DNA from: the human T2T-CHM13v2.0 reference genome, Homo sapiens
DNA length: 64,000 bases
Direction: 5' to 3'
NCBI GenBank assembly: GCA_009914755.4
Contig: CP086569.2
Coordinates: forward strand, 28,736,001 to 28,800,000
Part shown: piece after piece, positions 13,450 to 27,688 of the stretch
Numbering within the stretch: the first letter of the stretch is position 1
Layout of the letters: each line of letters opens with the position of its first letter
Made by a program: the position numbers and the translations under genes
The notes under the pieces: generated by a model
Databases searched by the model: none
What the model was told of the DNA's origin: nothing
The model's input: only the letters and a program-made list of their open reading frames with translations

Positions 13450-16400
13450 TTGCATTCTATTCGAGTGATTTCCATTCGAGTCCTTTCCATTCGATTCCAT
13501 TCCATTCTATACCATTCCTTTGGATTCCATTCCATTCCGTTCCGTTCACATCCATTCCTTGCGAATCCATTACATTCGATTTCTTGCCATTCGATTCCAT
13601 TCCTTTTGACTCCATTTCATTCGATTCCATTCCATTCCATTAATTTCCATTCCATTCGAAACCTTTCCATTGCAGTCTTTTCACTCCGAGTCCATTCCGT
13701 TCGATTCCATTCCATTCGATTCCATTCCATTGGAGTGCGTACCAGTCGAGTCCATTCTATTCCACTCCATTAGTTTCGACTCCATTGCATTCGAGTGCAT
13801 TCCATTCCTTGGCTGTCCATTCCATTCCGTTTGATGCCATTCCATACGATTCCATTCAATTCGAGACCATTCTATTCCTGTCCATTCCTTGTGATTCGAT
13901 TCCATTTCACTCTAATCCATTCCATTCCATTCAATTCCATTCGACTCTATTCCGTTCCATTCAATTAAATTCCATTCGATTCCATTTGTTTCGAGAACCT
14001 TCCATTACACTCCCTTCCATTCCAGTGCATTCCATTCCAGTCTCTTCAGTTCGATTCCATTCCATTCGTTTCGATTCCATTCCATTCCAGCCCATTCCAT
14101 TCCATTCCATTCCTTTCCTTTCCGTTTCATTAGATTCCACTGCGTTCGATTCCATTCAATTCAATTCTGTGCTATTCAGTTTGATTCCTTTCCATTTAAT
14201 TCCATTCCATTAGATAACATTCCGTTCGATTCCATTCCTTTCGAATCCATTCCATTGGAGTCCATTCACTTCCAGAACATTCCATTCCAGTCGAATCCAT
14301 TCGAGTACATTCCATTAAAGTTCATTACATTCTAATACATTCCATTCCATTGCATTCCATTCCATTCCATTCGATGCCATTCGATTCCATTCCATGCCAA
14401 ATCATTGCATTCCTTTCCATTCCGTTCCTGTCAATTGCATTCCATTCGATTTAGTTCGATTCTATTCACTTCCATTCCATTCGATTCCATTCCATTGGAG
14501 TCAATTCCTTTCGACACACAGTCTTTCCAGTCAATGACTTTGGAGCCCATTTTTTTGCATTCCATTACATTCTATGACATTCGATTCCGTTTCATTGCAT
14601 TCCATTCCATAAATTTTTATTCCATTCGAGACCGTAGCATTCCAGTTTATTCCAGCCCTGTCCATTACAATACATTCCCTTCCATTCCAATGAATTCCAT
14701 TCCATTCTAATCCATTCCTTTCCTTTCGCTTGCATTCCATTCTATTCTCTTCTATTCCATACAATTTCACTCCATTCGTTCCCATTCCATTCAAATCCAT
14801 TCCATTCAATTCCATTCCATTTCTTTCCATTCTCTTCGATTCCATTTCTTTATATTCCATGCCATTCGATTCCATTCCATTGGATTGCATTACATTCGAG
14901 TTCATTCCATTCCAGACCATTCCATTTGACTCCATTCCTTTCGAGCCCTTTCAATTTGAGTCCATTCCTTTCCAGTCCATTTCACTCCAGTCCATTCCTA
15001 TCCATTCCATACCATTCCATCCCATTCCATTCCATTCCATTCCACTCCATTGCATTCCATTCCATTCCATTCCATTGCACTGCATTCCATTCCATTACAT
15101 TCTATTCCATTTGAGTCGATTTTATTGCATTAGATTCTATTCCATTGGATTACTTTCCATTCGATTACATTCCATTCATGTACATTCCATTCCAGTCAAT
15201 TACATACGACTTCATTACATTACATGCTAGTATATTCCATTCTATTCGATCCCATTCCTTTCAATTCCATTTCATTCGACTCCATTATATTCAATTCCAT
15301 TCCACTCGAATCCATTCCATTAGAGGACATTTCATTCCAATACATTCCATTCCATTCCATAACATTCCATTGCATTCGATTCCATTCCATTTGATGCCAT
15401 TCCATGACATTCCATTCCATTCGAGTCCATTCCATTCCAATTCATTCCATTCCGTTTCATGAAATTCGAGTCCTTTCCATTCCATTGCATTCCAATCCCT
15501 TCCAATCCAATCTATTCCATTCAATTCCTTTCCATTCCATTTGATTATATTCCATTGATTTGATTCCATTCTGTTTGATTCCATTCCGAGAAATTTCGTT
15601 CCATTCTATTCCATTGCATTACTTTCCATTCAATTCCATTCCATTCCATTTCAGTCCATTCGCTTCCTTTCCTTTCGATTCAATTCCATTTGATTCCACT
15701 CCATTCTATACCATTTAATTCCAATCGATTCAATTCCATTCGATGGCATTCCTTTCGTTTCCATTCTATTCGAGTCCATTCAATTTGAGCCTTCGTGTCC
15801 ATTCTATTCGAGTCCATTCCATTACAGTCTATTCTATTCCCTTCCGTTCCCGTTGATTCAATTTCATTCCCTTCCATTCGATTCCTTTCCTTTCGATTCC
15901 ATTCCTTTCCATTCCATTACATTCGTTCCCATTCCACGTGATTCCATTCCATTCCAGTCCATTATATTCGAGTCCACTCCACTCCATTCTGTTACTTTCA
16001 ATTCCTTTTGAGTCCGTTCCATAACACTCCATTCATTTCGATTCCATTTCCTGCCAGTTTTCTTCCATTTTATTCCATTCCGTTCGATTCCATTCCATTC
16101 GATTGCATTCCATTCGATTACATTCCATTCGAATCCTTTCCATTCCATTTCATTCCATTCCTTTCTATTCCATTCCATTTCATTCGATTTGATTCCATTC
16201 TGTTCTATTCCATTCAATTCTTTTTCATTCCATTCGAATCCTTTCTATTGCAGTCCATTCCATTCGAGTCCATTCCAATCCCTTCCTTTCCATTCCATTA
16301 CAGTCCATTCCAATAGATTCTATTCCTTTGCCTTCCATTCGACTCCATTCCATTCTAGTCCATTCCATTTGAGTCAATTCCATTCCATTCCATTCTATTC

Positions 16401-16993
16401 CTTTCGAATCCATTCGATTCCATTCGATTCAATTCCATTTGATTCTCTTTCATTCTATTTTATTCCATGCCATTTGATTGCATTGCATTCCATTCCGTTT
16501 GATTCCAGTCCATTCAAGAAAGTTCCATTCCAGTCCATTGCTTTCGAGACCATTCCATTCCACTCTAGTCTATTCCACTCCATTCCTTTCCATTCCATTC
16601 CATACTTTTCCATTCCATTCCTTTGCATTCCGTTTCCAATCTATTCGAGTCCATTGCATTCCAGTCCAATCCATTCGATTACATTCCTTTTGATTCCCTG
16701 CCAGTCGATTGCATTGCATACTAGACCATTCCAAAGGAGTCCATTCCATTCTATTTCAACACTTTCCATTCCACTCTGTTCGAGTCCATTCCATTCCAGT
16801 CCATTTAATTTAAGGGCATTCCATTCCATTCCATTCCATTTCATATTATTCCATTCCATTCAATTCCATTCCAGATGATTCCATTCCATTCTATGCCATT
16901 GCTCTCTGTTCCATTCCATTACATCTGTCTCCATTCCTTTCGTTTCGATTCCTTTCCATTCCATTCCATTACATTTGATCCTATTTTATTAAA
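13450..16993 (+). repeat. HOR unit 5, 3544 bp, divergent subfamily (AGCCC at the HaeIII position)
   Basis: Anchor at 13450. ORFs 10987..11391 and 14531..14935 are near-identical at an offset of 3544. Confidence 0.8.
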
Positions 16994-19900
16994 TTTCATT
17001 CTATTCGAGTGATTTCCTTTCGAGTCCTTTCCATTCGATTCCATTCCATTCTATTCCATTCCTTTGGATTCCATTCCATTCCGTTCCGTTCACATCCATT
17101 CCTTGCGATTCCATTACATTGGATTTCTTGCCATTCGATTCCATTCCTTTTGACTCCATTTCATTCGATTCTATTCCATTCCATTAATTTCCATTCCATT
17201 CGAGACCTTTCCATTGCAGTCTTTTCACTTCGAGTCCATTCCGTTCGATACCATTCCATTCGATTCCATTCCATTGGAGTCCATACCAGTCGAGTCCATT
17301 CTATTCCAGTCCATTAGTTTCCACTCCATTGCATTCGAGTGCATTCCATTCCGTGGCTGTTGATTCCATTCCGTTTGATGCCATTCCATACGATTCCATT
17401 CAATTCGAGACCATTCTATTCCTGTCCATTCCTTGCGGTTCGATTCCATTTCACTCTAGTCCATTCCATTCCATTCAATTCCATTCGACTCTATTCCGTT
17501 CCATTCAATTCCATTCCATTCGATTCCATTTTTGTCGAGATCCTTCCATTACACTCCCTTCCATTCCAGTGCATTCCATTCCAGTCTCTTCAGTTCGATT
17601 CCATTCCATTCGTTTAGATTCCTTTCCATTCCAGCCCATTCCATTCCATTCCATTCCTTTCCTTTCCGTTTCATTAGATTCCATTGCATTCCATTCCATT
17701 CAATTCAATTCCGTGCTATTCAATTTGATTCACTTCCATTTAATTCCATTCCATTAGATTCCATTCCGTACGATTCCATTCCTTTTGAATCCATTCCATT
17801 GGAGTCCATTCACTTCCAGAACATTCCATTCCAGTCGAATCCATTCGAGTACATTCCATTAAAGTTCATTACATTCTAATACATTCCATTCCATTGCATT
17901 CCATTCCATTCCATTCGATGCCATTCGATTCCATTCCATGCCAAATCATTGCATTCCTTTCCATTCCGTTCCTATCAATTCCATTCCATTCGATTTAGTT
18001 CGATTCTATTCACTTCCATTCCATTCGATTCCATTCCATTGGAGTCAATTCCTTTCGACACCCAGCCTTTCCAGTCAATGATTTTGGATTCCATTTTTTT
18101 GCATTCCATTACATTCTATGACATTCGATTCCGTTTCATTGCATTCCATTCCATACATTTTTATTCCATTCGAGACCGTAGCATTCCACTTTATTCCAGG
18201 CCTGTCCATTACACTACATTCCCTTCCATTCCAATGAATTCCATTCCATTCCAATCCATTCCTTTCCTTTCGCTTGCATTCCATTCTATTCCCTTCTACT
18301 GCATACAATTTCACTCCATTCGTTCCCATTCCATTCAATTCCATTCCATTCAATTCCATTCCATTTGTTTCCATTCTCTTCGATTCCATTTCTTTATATT
18401 CCATGCCATTCGAATCCATTCTATTGGATTGCATTACATTCGTGTTCATTCCATTCCAGACCATTCCATTTGACTCCATTCCTTTCGAGCCCTTTCAATT
18501 TGAGTCCATTCCTTTCCAGTCCATTTCACTCCAGTCCATTACTATCCATTCCATCCCATTCCATACCATTCCATTCCATTCCATTCCATTCCATTCCATT
18601 CCATTCCATTCCATTGCATTCCATTCCAATCCATTCCATTGCACTGCACTCCATTCCATTACATTCTACTCTATCTGAGTCGGTTTTATTGCATTAGATT
18701 CTATTCCATTGGATTACTTTCCATTCGATTACATTCCATTCATGTACATTCCATTCCAGTCAATTACATTCGAGTTCATTACATTACATTCCAGTATATT
18801 CCATTGTATTCGATCCCATTCCTTTCAATTCCATTTCATTCGACTCCATTATATTCGATTCCATTCCACTCGAATCCTTTCCATTAGAGGACATTCCATT
18901 CCAGTGCATTCCATTCCATTCCATAGCATTCCATTGCATTCGATTCCATTCCATTTGATGCCATTCCATTTGATGCCATTCCATGACATTCCATTCCATT
19001 CGAGTCCATTCCGTTCCAATTCATTCCATTCCGTTTCATGAAATTCGAGTCCTTTCCAGTACATTTCATTCCAATCCCATCCAATCCCATCTACTCCATT
19101 CAATTCCTTTCCATTCCATTTGATTTGATTCCATTGACTTGATTCCATTCATTTTGATTCCATTCCTTGAAATTTCGTTCCATTCTATTCCATTGCATTA
19201 CTTTCCATTCCATTCCATTCCATTTCATTTCAGTCCATTCGCTTCCTTTCCTTTCGATTCAATTCCATTTGATTCCACTCCATTCTATGCGATTTCATTC
19301 CAATCGATTCAATTCCATTCGATGACATTCCTTTCGTTTCCATTCCATTCGAGTCCATTCAATTTGAGCATTCGTGTCCATTCTATTCGAGTCCATTCCA
19401 TTACCGTCTATTCTATTCCCTTCCATTCCTGTTGATTCAATTTCATTCCCTTCCATTCGATTCCTTTCCATTCGATTCCATTCCTTTCCATTCCATTCCA
19501 TTCGTTCCCATTCCATGTGATTTCATTCCATTCCAGTCCATTATATTCGAGTCCACTCCACTCCATTCTATTACATTCAATTCCTTTTGAGTCCGTTCCA
19601 TAACACTCCATTCATTTCGATTCCATTTCTTGCCAGTTTTCTTCCATTTTATTCCTTTCCGTTCGATTCCATTCCATTCGATTGCATTCCATTCGAATCC
19701 TTTCCATTCCATTTCATTCCATTCCTTTCTATTCCATTCCATTTCATTCGATTTGATTCCATTCTGTTCTATTCCATTCAATTCTTTTTCATTCCATTCG
19801 AATCCTTTCTATTGCAGTCCATTCCAATCCCTTCCATTCCATTCCATTACAGTCCATTCCAATAGATTCCATTCCTTTGCCTTCCATTCGAATCCATTCC

Positions 19901-20547
19901 ATTCTAGTCCATTCCATTTGAGTCAATTCCATTCCATTCCATTCTATTCCTTTCCAATCCATTCGATTCCATTCGATTCAATTCCATTTGATTCTCTTTC
20001 ATTCTATTTTATTCCATGCCATTTGATTGCATTGCATTCCATTCCGTTTGATTCCAGTCCATTCAAGAAAGTTCCATTCCAGTCCATTGCTTTCCAGTCC
20101 ATTCCATTCCACTCTAGTCTATTCCACTCCATTCCTTTCCATTCCATTCCATACTATTCCATTCCATTCCTTTGCATTCCGTTTCCAATCTATTCGAGTC
20201 CATTGCATTCCACTCCAATCCATTCGATTACATTCCTTTTGATTCCCTGCCAGTCGATTGCATTGCATACTACACCATTCCAAAGGAGTCCATTCCATTC
20301 TATCTCAAAACTTTCCATTCCACTCTGTTCGAGTCCATTCCATTCCAGTCCATTTAATTCAAGGGCATTCCATTCCATTCCATTCCATTCCATTTCATAT
20401 TATTCCATTCCATTCAATTCCATTCCAGATGATTCCATTCCATTCTATACCATTGCTCTCTGTTCCATTCCATTCCATCTGTCTCCATTCCTTTCGTTTC
20501 GATTCCTTTCCATTCCATTCCATTACATTTGATCCTATTTTATTAAA
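16994..20547 (+). repeat. HOR unit 6, 3554 bp (GGCC at 18199-18202)
   Basis: The anchor variant tttcattctattcgagtgatttcctttcgagtcc lies at 16994. The next anchor is at 20548. Confidence 0.8.
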
Positions 20548-23500
20548 TTGCATTCTATTCGAGTGATTTCCATTCGAGTCCTTTCCATTCGATTCCATTC
20601 CATTCTATTCCATTCCTTTGGATTCCATTCTATTCCGTTCCGTTCACATCAATTCCTTGCGATTCCATTACATTCGATTTCTTGCCATTCGATTCCATTC
20701 CTTTTGACTCCATTTCATTCGATTCCATTCCATTCCATTAATTTCCATTCCATTCGAGACCTTTCCATTGCAGTCTTTTCCCTTCGAGTCCATTCCGTTC
20801 GATTCCCTTCCATTCGATTCCATTCCATTGGAGTCTGTACCAGTCGAGTCCATTCTATTCCAGTCCATTAGTTTCGACTCCATTGCATTCGAGTGCATTC
20901 CATTCCGTGGCTGTCCATTCCATTCCGTTTGATGCCATTCCATACGATTCATTTCAATTCGAGACCATTCTATTCCTGTCCATTCCTTGTGGTTCGATTC
21001 CATTTCACTCTAGTCCATTCCATTCCATTCAATTCCATTCGACTCTATTCCGTTCCATTCAATTCCATTCCATTCGATTCCATTTTTTTCGAGAACCTTC
21101 CATTACACTCCCTTCCATTCCAGTGCATTCCATTCCAGTCTTTTCAGTTCGATTCCATTCCATTCGTTTCGATTCCTTTCCATTCCAGCCCATTCCATTC
21201 CATTCCATTCCTTTCCTTTCCGTTTCATTAGATTCCATTGCATTCCATTCCATTCAATTCAATTCCGTGCTATTCAATTTGATTCACTTCCATTTAATTC
21301 CATTCCATTAGATTCCATTCCGTACGATTCCATTCCTTTTGAATCCATTCCATTGGAGTCCATTCACTTCCAGAACATTCCATTCCAGTCGAATCCATTC
21401 GAGTACATTCCATTAAAGTTCATTACATTCTAATACATTCCATTCCATTGCATTGCATTCCATTCCATTCGATGCCATTCGATTCCATTCCATGCCAAAT
21501 CATTGCATTCCTTTCCATTCCGTTCCTATCAATTCCATTCCATTCGATTTAGTTCGATTCTATTCACTTCCATTCCATTCGATTCCATTCCATTGGAGTC
21601 AATTCCTTTCGACACCCAGCCTTTGCAGTCAATGATTTTGGATTCCATTTTTTTGCATTCCATTACATTCTATGACATTCGATTCCGTTTCATTGCATTC
21701 CATTCCATACATTTTTAGTCCATTCGAGACCGTAGCATTCCACTTTATTCCAGGCCTGTCCATTACACTACATTCCCTTCCATTCCAATGAATTCCATTC
21801 CATTCCAATCCATTCCTTTCCTTTCGCTTGCATTCCATTCTATTCCCTTCTACTGCATACAATTTCACTCATTCGTTCCCATTCCATTCAATTCCATTCC
21901 ATTCAATTCCATTCCATTTGTTTCCATTCTCTTCGATTCCATTTCTTTATATTCCATGCCATTCGATTCCATTCTATTGGATTGCATTACATTCGTGTTC
22001 ATTCCATTCCAGACCATTCCATTTGACTCCATTCCTTTCGAGCCCTTTCAATTTGAGTCCATTCCTTTCCAGTCCATTTCACTCCAGTCCATTACTATCC
22101 ATTCCATCCCATTCCATCCCATTCCATTCCATTCCATTCCATTCCATTCCATTCCGTTCCATTCCATTGCATTCCATTCCATTCCATTCCATTGCAGTGC
22201 ACTCCATTCCATTACATTCTACTCTATCTGAGTCGGTTTTATTGCATTAGATTCTATTCCATTGGATTACTTTCCATTCGATTACATTCCATTCATGTAC
22301 ATTCCATTCCAGTCAATTACATTCGAGTTCATTACATTACATTCCAGTATATTCCATTGTATTCGATCCCATTCCTTTCAATTCCATTTCATTCGACTCC
22401 ATTATATTCGATTCCATTCCACTCGAATCCATTCCATTAGAGGACATTCCATTCCAATGCATTCCATTCCATTCCATCACATTCCATTGCATTCGATTCC
22501 ATTCCATTTGATGCCATTCCATTTGATGCCATTCCATGACATTCCATTCCATTCGAGTCCATTCCGTTCCAATTCATTCCATTCCGTTTCATGAAATTCG
22601 AGTCCTTTCCAGTACATTTCATTCCAATCCCATCCAATCCAATCTACTCCATTCAATTCCTTTCCATTCCATTTGATTTGATTCCATTGATTTGATTCCA
22701 TTCAGTTTGATTCCATTCCGTGAAATTTCGTTCCATTCTATTCCATTGCATTACTTTCCATTCAATTCCATTCCATTTCATTTCAGTCCATTCGCTTCCT
22801 TTCCTTTCGATTCAATTCCATTTGATTCCACTCCATTCTATGCGATTTCATTCCAATCGATTCAATTCCATTGGATGACATTCCTTTCGTTTCCATTCCT
22901 TTCGAGTCCATTCAATTTGAGCATTCGTGTCCATTCTATTCGAGTCCATTCCATTACCGTCTATTCTATTCCCTTCCATTCCTGTTGATTCAATTTCATT
23001 CCCTTCCATTCGATTCCTTTCCATTCGATTCCATTCCTTTCCATTCCATTCCATTCGTTCCCATTCCATGTGATTTCATTCCATTCCAGTCCATTATATT
23101 CGAGTCCACTCCACTCCATTCTATTACATTCAATTCCTTTTGAGTCCGTTCCATAACACTCCATTCATTTCGATTCCATTTCTTGCCAGTTTTCTTCCAT
23201 TTTATTCCATTCCGTTCGATTCCATTCCATTCGATTGCATTCCATTCGAATCCTTTCCATTCCATTTCATTCCATTCCTTTCTATTCCATTCCATTTCAT
23301 TCGATTTGATTCCATTCTGCTCTATTCCATTCAATTCTTTTTCATTCCATTCGAATCCTTTCTATTGCAGTCCATTCCATTCGAGTCCATTCCAATCCCT
23401 TCCATTCCATTCCATTACAGTCCATTCCAATAGATTCCATTCCTTTGCCTTCCATTCGAATCCATTCCATTCTAGTCCATTCCATTTGAGTCAATTCCAT

Positions 23501-24115
23501 TCCATTCCATTCTATTCCTTTCCAATCCATTCGATTCCATTCGATTCAATTCCATTTGATTCTCTTTCATTCTATTTTATTCCATGCCATTTGATTGCAT
23601 TGCATTCCATTCCGTTGGATTCCAGTCCATTCAAGAAAGTTCCATTCCAGTCCATTGCTTTCCAGTCCATTCCATTCCACTCTAGTCTATTCCACTCCAT
23701 TCCTTTCCATTCCATTCCATACTATTCCATTCCATTCCTTTGCATTCCGTTTCCAATCTATTCGAGTCCATTGCATTCCAGTCCAATCCATTCCATTACA
23801 TTCCTTTTGATTCCCTGCCAGTCGATTGCATTGCATACTACACCATTCCAAAGGAGTCCATTCCATTCTATCTCAACACTTTCCATTCCACTCTGTTCGA
23901 GTCCATTCCATTCCAGTCCATTTAATTCAAGGGCATTCCATTCCATTCCATTCCATTCCATTTCATATTATTCCATTCCATTCAATTCCATTCCAGATGA
24001 TTCCATTCCATTCTATACCATTGCTCTCTGTTCCATTCCATTCCATCTGTCTCCATTCCTTTCGTTTCGATTCCTTTCCATTCCATTCCATTCCATTTGA
24101 TCCTATTTTATTAAG
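20548..24115 (+). repeat. HOR unit 7, 3568 bp (GGCC at 21753-21756)
   Basis: Anchor at 20548. It shares derived point changes with unit 8: tttttagtcc instead of tttttattcc at ~21712, and a 1-bp deletion giving cactcattcg at ~21868. Confidence 0.85.
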
Positions 24116-27100
24116 TTGCATTCTATTCGAGTGATTTCCATTCGAGTCCTTTCCATTCGATTCCATTCCATTCTATTCCATTCCTTTGGATTCCATTCCA
24201 TTCCGTTCCGTTCACATCAATTAATTGCGATTCCATTACATTCGATTTCTTGCCATTTGATTCCATTCCTTTTGACTCCATTTCATTCGATTCCATTCCA
24301 TTCCATTAATTTCCATTCCATTCGAGACCTTTCCATTGCAGTCTTTTCCCTTCGAGTCCATTCCGTTCGATTCCCTTCCATTCGATTCCATTCCATTGGA
24401 GTCCGTACCAGTCGAGTCCATTCTATTCCAGTCCATTAGTTTCGACTCCATTGCATTCGAGTGCATTCCATTCCGTGGCTGTCCATTCCATTCCGTTTGA
24501 TGCCATTCCATACGATTCCGTTCAATTCGAGACCATTCTATTCCTGTCCATTCCTTGTGGTTCGATTCCATTTCACTCTAGTCCATTCCATTCCATTCAA
24601 TTCCATTCGACTCTATTCCGTTCCATTCAATTCCATTCCATTCGATTCCATTTTTTTCGAGAACCTTCCATTACACTCCCTTCCATTCCAGTGCATTCCA
24701 TTCCAGTCTCTTCAGTTCGATTCCATTCCATTCGTTTCGATTCCTTTCCATTCCAGCCCATTCCATTCCATTCCATTCCTTTCCTTTCCGTTTCATTAGA
24801 TTCCATTGCATTCCATTCCATTCAATTCAATTCCGTGCTATTCAATTTGATTCACTTCCATTTAATTCCATTCCATTAGATTCCATTCCGTACGATTCCA
24901 TTCCTTTTGAATCCATTCCATTGGAGTCCATTCACTTCCAGAACATTCCATTCCAGTCGAATCCATTCGAGTACATTCCATTAAAGTTCATTACATTCTA
25001 ATACATTCCATTCCATTGCATTCCATTCCATTCCATTCGATGCCATTCGATTCCATTCCATGCCAAATCATTGCATTCCTTTCCATTCCGTTCCTATCAA
25101 TTCCATTCCATTCGATTTAGTTCGATTCTATTCACTTCCATTCCATTCGATTCCATTCCATTGGAGTCAATTCCTTTCGACACCCAGCCTTTCCAGTCAA
25201 TGATTTTGGATTCCATTTTTTTGCATTCCATTACATTCTATGACATTCGATTCCGTTTCATTGCATTCCATTCCATACATTTTTAGTCCATTCGAGACCG
25301 TAGCATTCCACTTTATTCCAGGCCTGTCCATTACACTACATTCCCTTCCATTCCAATGAATTCCATTCCATTCCAATCCATTCCTTTCCTTTCGCTTGCA
25401 TTCCATTCTATTCCCTTCTACTGCATACAATTTCACTCATTCGTTCCCATTCCATTCAATTCCATTCCATTCAATTCCATTCCATTTGTTTCCATTCTCT
25501 TCGATTCCATTTCTTTATATTCCATGCCATTCGAATCCATTCTATTGGATTGCATTACATTCGTGTTCATTCCATTCCAGACCATTCCATTTGACTCCAT
25601 TCCTTTCGAGCCCTTTCAATTTGAGTCCATTCCTTTCCAGTCCATTTCACTCCAGTCCATTACTATCCATTCCATCCCATTCCATCCCATTCCATTCCAT
25701 TCCATTCCATTCCATTCCATTCCATTCCGTTCCATTCCATTGCATTCCATTCCATTCCATTCCATTGCACTGCACTCCATTCCATTACATTCTACTCTAT
25801 CTGAGTCGGTTTTATTGCATTAGATTCTATTCCATTGGATTACTTTCCATTCGATTACATTCCATTCATGTACATTCCATTCCAGTCAATTACATTCGAG
25901 TTCATTACATTACATTCCAGTATATTCCATTGTATTCGATCCCATTCCTTTCAATTCCATTTCATTCGACTCCATTATATTCGATTCCATTCCACTCGAA
26001 TCCATTCCATTAGAGGACATTCCATTCCAATGCATTCCATTCCATTCCATCACATTCCATTGCATTCGATTCCATTCCATTTGATGCCATTCCATTTGAT
26101 GCCATTCCATGACATTCCATTCCATTCGAGTCCATTCCGTTCCAATTCATTCCATTCCGTTTCATGAAATTCGAGTCCTTTCCAGTACATTTCATTCCAA
26201 TCCCATCCAATCCAATCTACTCCATTCAATTCCTTTCCATTCCATTTGATTTGATTCCATTGATTTGATTCCATTCAGTTTGATTCCATTCCGTGAAATT
26301 TCGTTCCATTCTATTCCATTGCATTACTTTCCATTCAATTCCATTCCATTTCATTTCAGTCCATTCGCTTCCTTTCCTTTCGATTCAATTCCATTTGATT
26401 CCACTCCATTCTATGCGATTTCATTCCAATCGATTCAATTCCATTGGATGACATTCCTTTCGTTTCCATTCCTTTCGAGTCCATTCAATTTGAGCATTCG
26501 TGTCCATTCTATTCGAGTCCATTCCATTACCGTCTATTCTATTCCCTTCCATTCCTGTTGATTCAATTTCATTCCCTTCCATTCGATTCCTTTCCATTCG
26601 ATTCCATTCCTTTCCATTCCATTCCATTCGTTCCCATTCCATGTGATTTCATTCCATTCCAGTCCATTATATTCGAGTCCACTCCACTCCATTCTATTAC
26701 ATTCAATTCCTTTTGAGTCCGTTCCATAACACTCCATTCATTTCGATTCCATTTCTTGCCAGTTTTCTTCCATTTTATTCCATTCCGTTCGATTCCATTC
26801 CATTCGATTGCATTCCATTCGAATCCTTTCCATTCCATTTCATTCCATTCCTTTCTATTCCATTCCATTTCATTCGATTTGATTCCATTCTGTTCTATTC
26901 CATTCAATTCTTTTTCATTCCATTCGAATCCTTTCTATTGCAGTCCATTCCATTCGAGTCCATTCCAATCCCTTCCATTCCATTCCATTACAGTCCATTC
27001 CAATAGATTCCATTCCTTTGCCTTCCATTCGAATCCATTCCATTCTAGTCCATTCCATTTGAGTCAATTCCATTCCATTCCATTCTATTCCTTTCCAATC

Positions 27101-27688
27101 CATTCGATTCCATTCGATTCAATTCCATTTGATTCTCTTTCATTCTATTTTATTCCATGCCATTTGATTGCATTGCATTCCATTCCGTTGGATTCCAGTC
27201 CATTCAAGAAAGTTCCATTCCAGTCCATTGCTTTCCAGTCCATTCCATTCCACTCTAGTCTATTCCACTCCATTCCTTTCCATTCCATTCCATACTATTC
27301 CATTCCATTCCTTTGCATTCCGTTTCCAATCTATTCGAGTCCATTGCATTCCAGTCCAATCCATTCCATTACATTCCTTTTGATTCCCTGCCAGTCGATT
27401 GCATTGCATACTACACCATTCCAAAGGAGTCCATTCCATTCTATCTCAACACTTTCCATTCCACTCTGTTCGAGTCCATTCCATTCCAGTCCATTTAATT
27501 CAAGGGCATTCCATTCCATTCCATTCCATTCCATTTCATATTATTCCATTCCATTCAATTCCATTCCAGATGATTCCATTCCATTCTATACCATTGCTCT
27601 CTGTTCCATTCCATTCCATCTGTCTCCATTCCTTTCGTTTCGATTCCTTTCCATTCCATTCCATTCCATTTGATCCTATTTTATTAAG
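24116..27688 (+). repeat. HOR unit 8, 3573 bp (GGCC at 25321-25324)
   Basis: Anchor at 24116. The 305-aa artefact ORF 23183..24100 spans the unit 7/8 boundary region, and its copy 26756..27673 is identical at an offset of 3573. Confidence 0.85.

Noticed and set aside
23183-24100. Recurrent 305-aa + strand ORFs (also 19630..20532, 26756..27673, 30320..31237, 44600..45517, 58814..59731) and the 404-aa ORF 33577..34791
   Set aside because: They recur once per 3.56 kb unit at the same HOR phase. They are repeat-derived (MPVFFHFIPFRSIPFHSIAFHS...) and have no plausible domain composition. Length varies between units by single-base changes that create or remove stops, with no conservation of frame. 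They are satellite artefacts.
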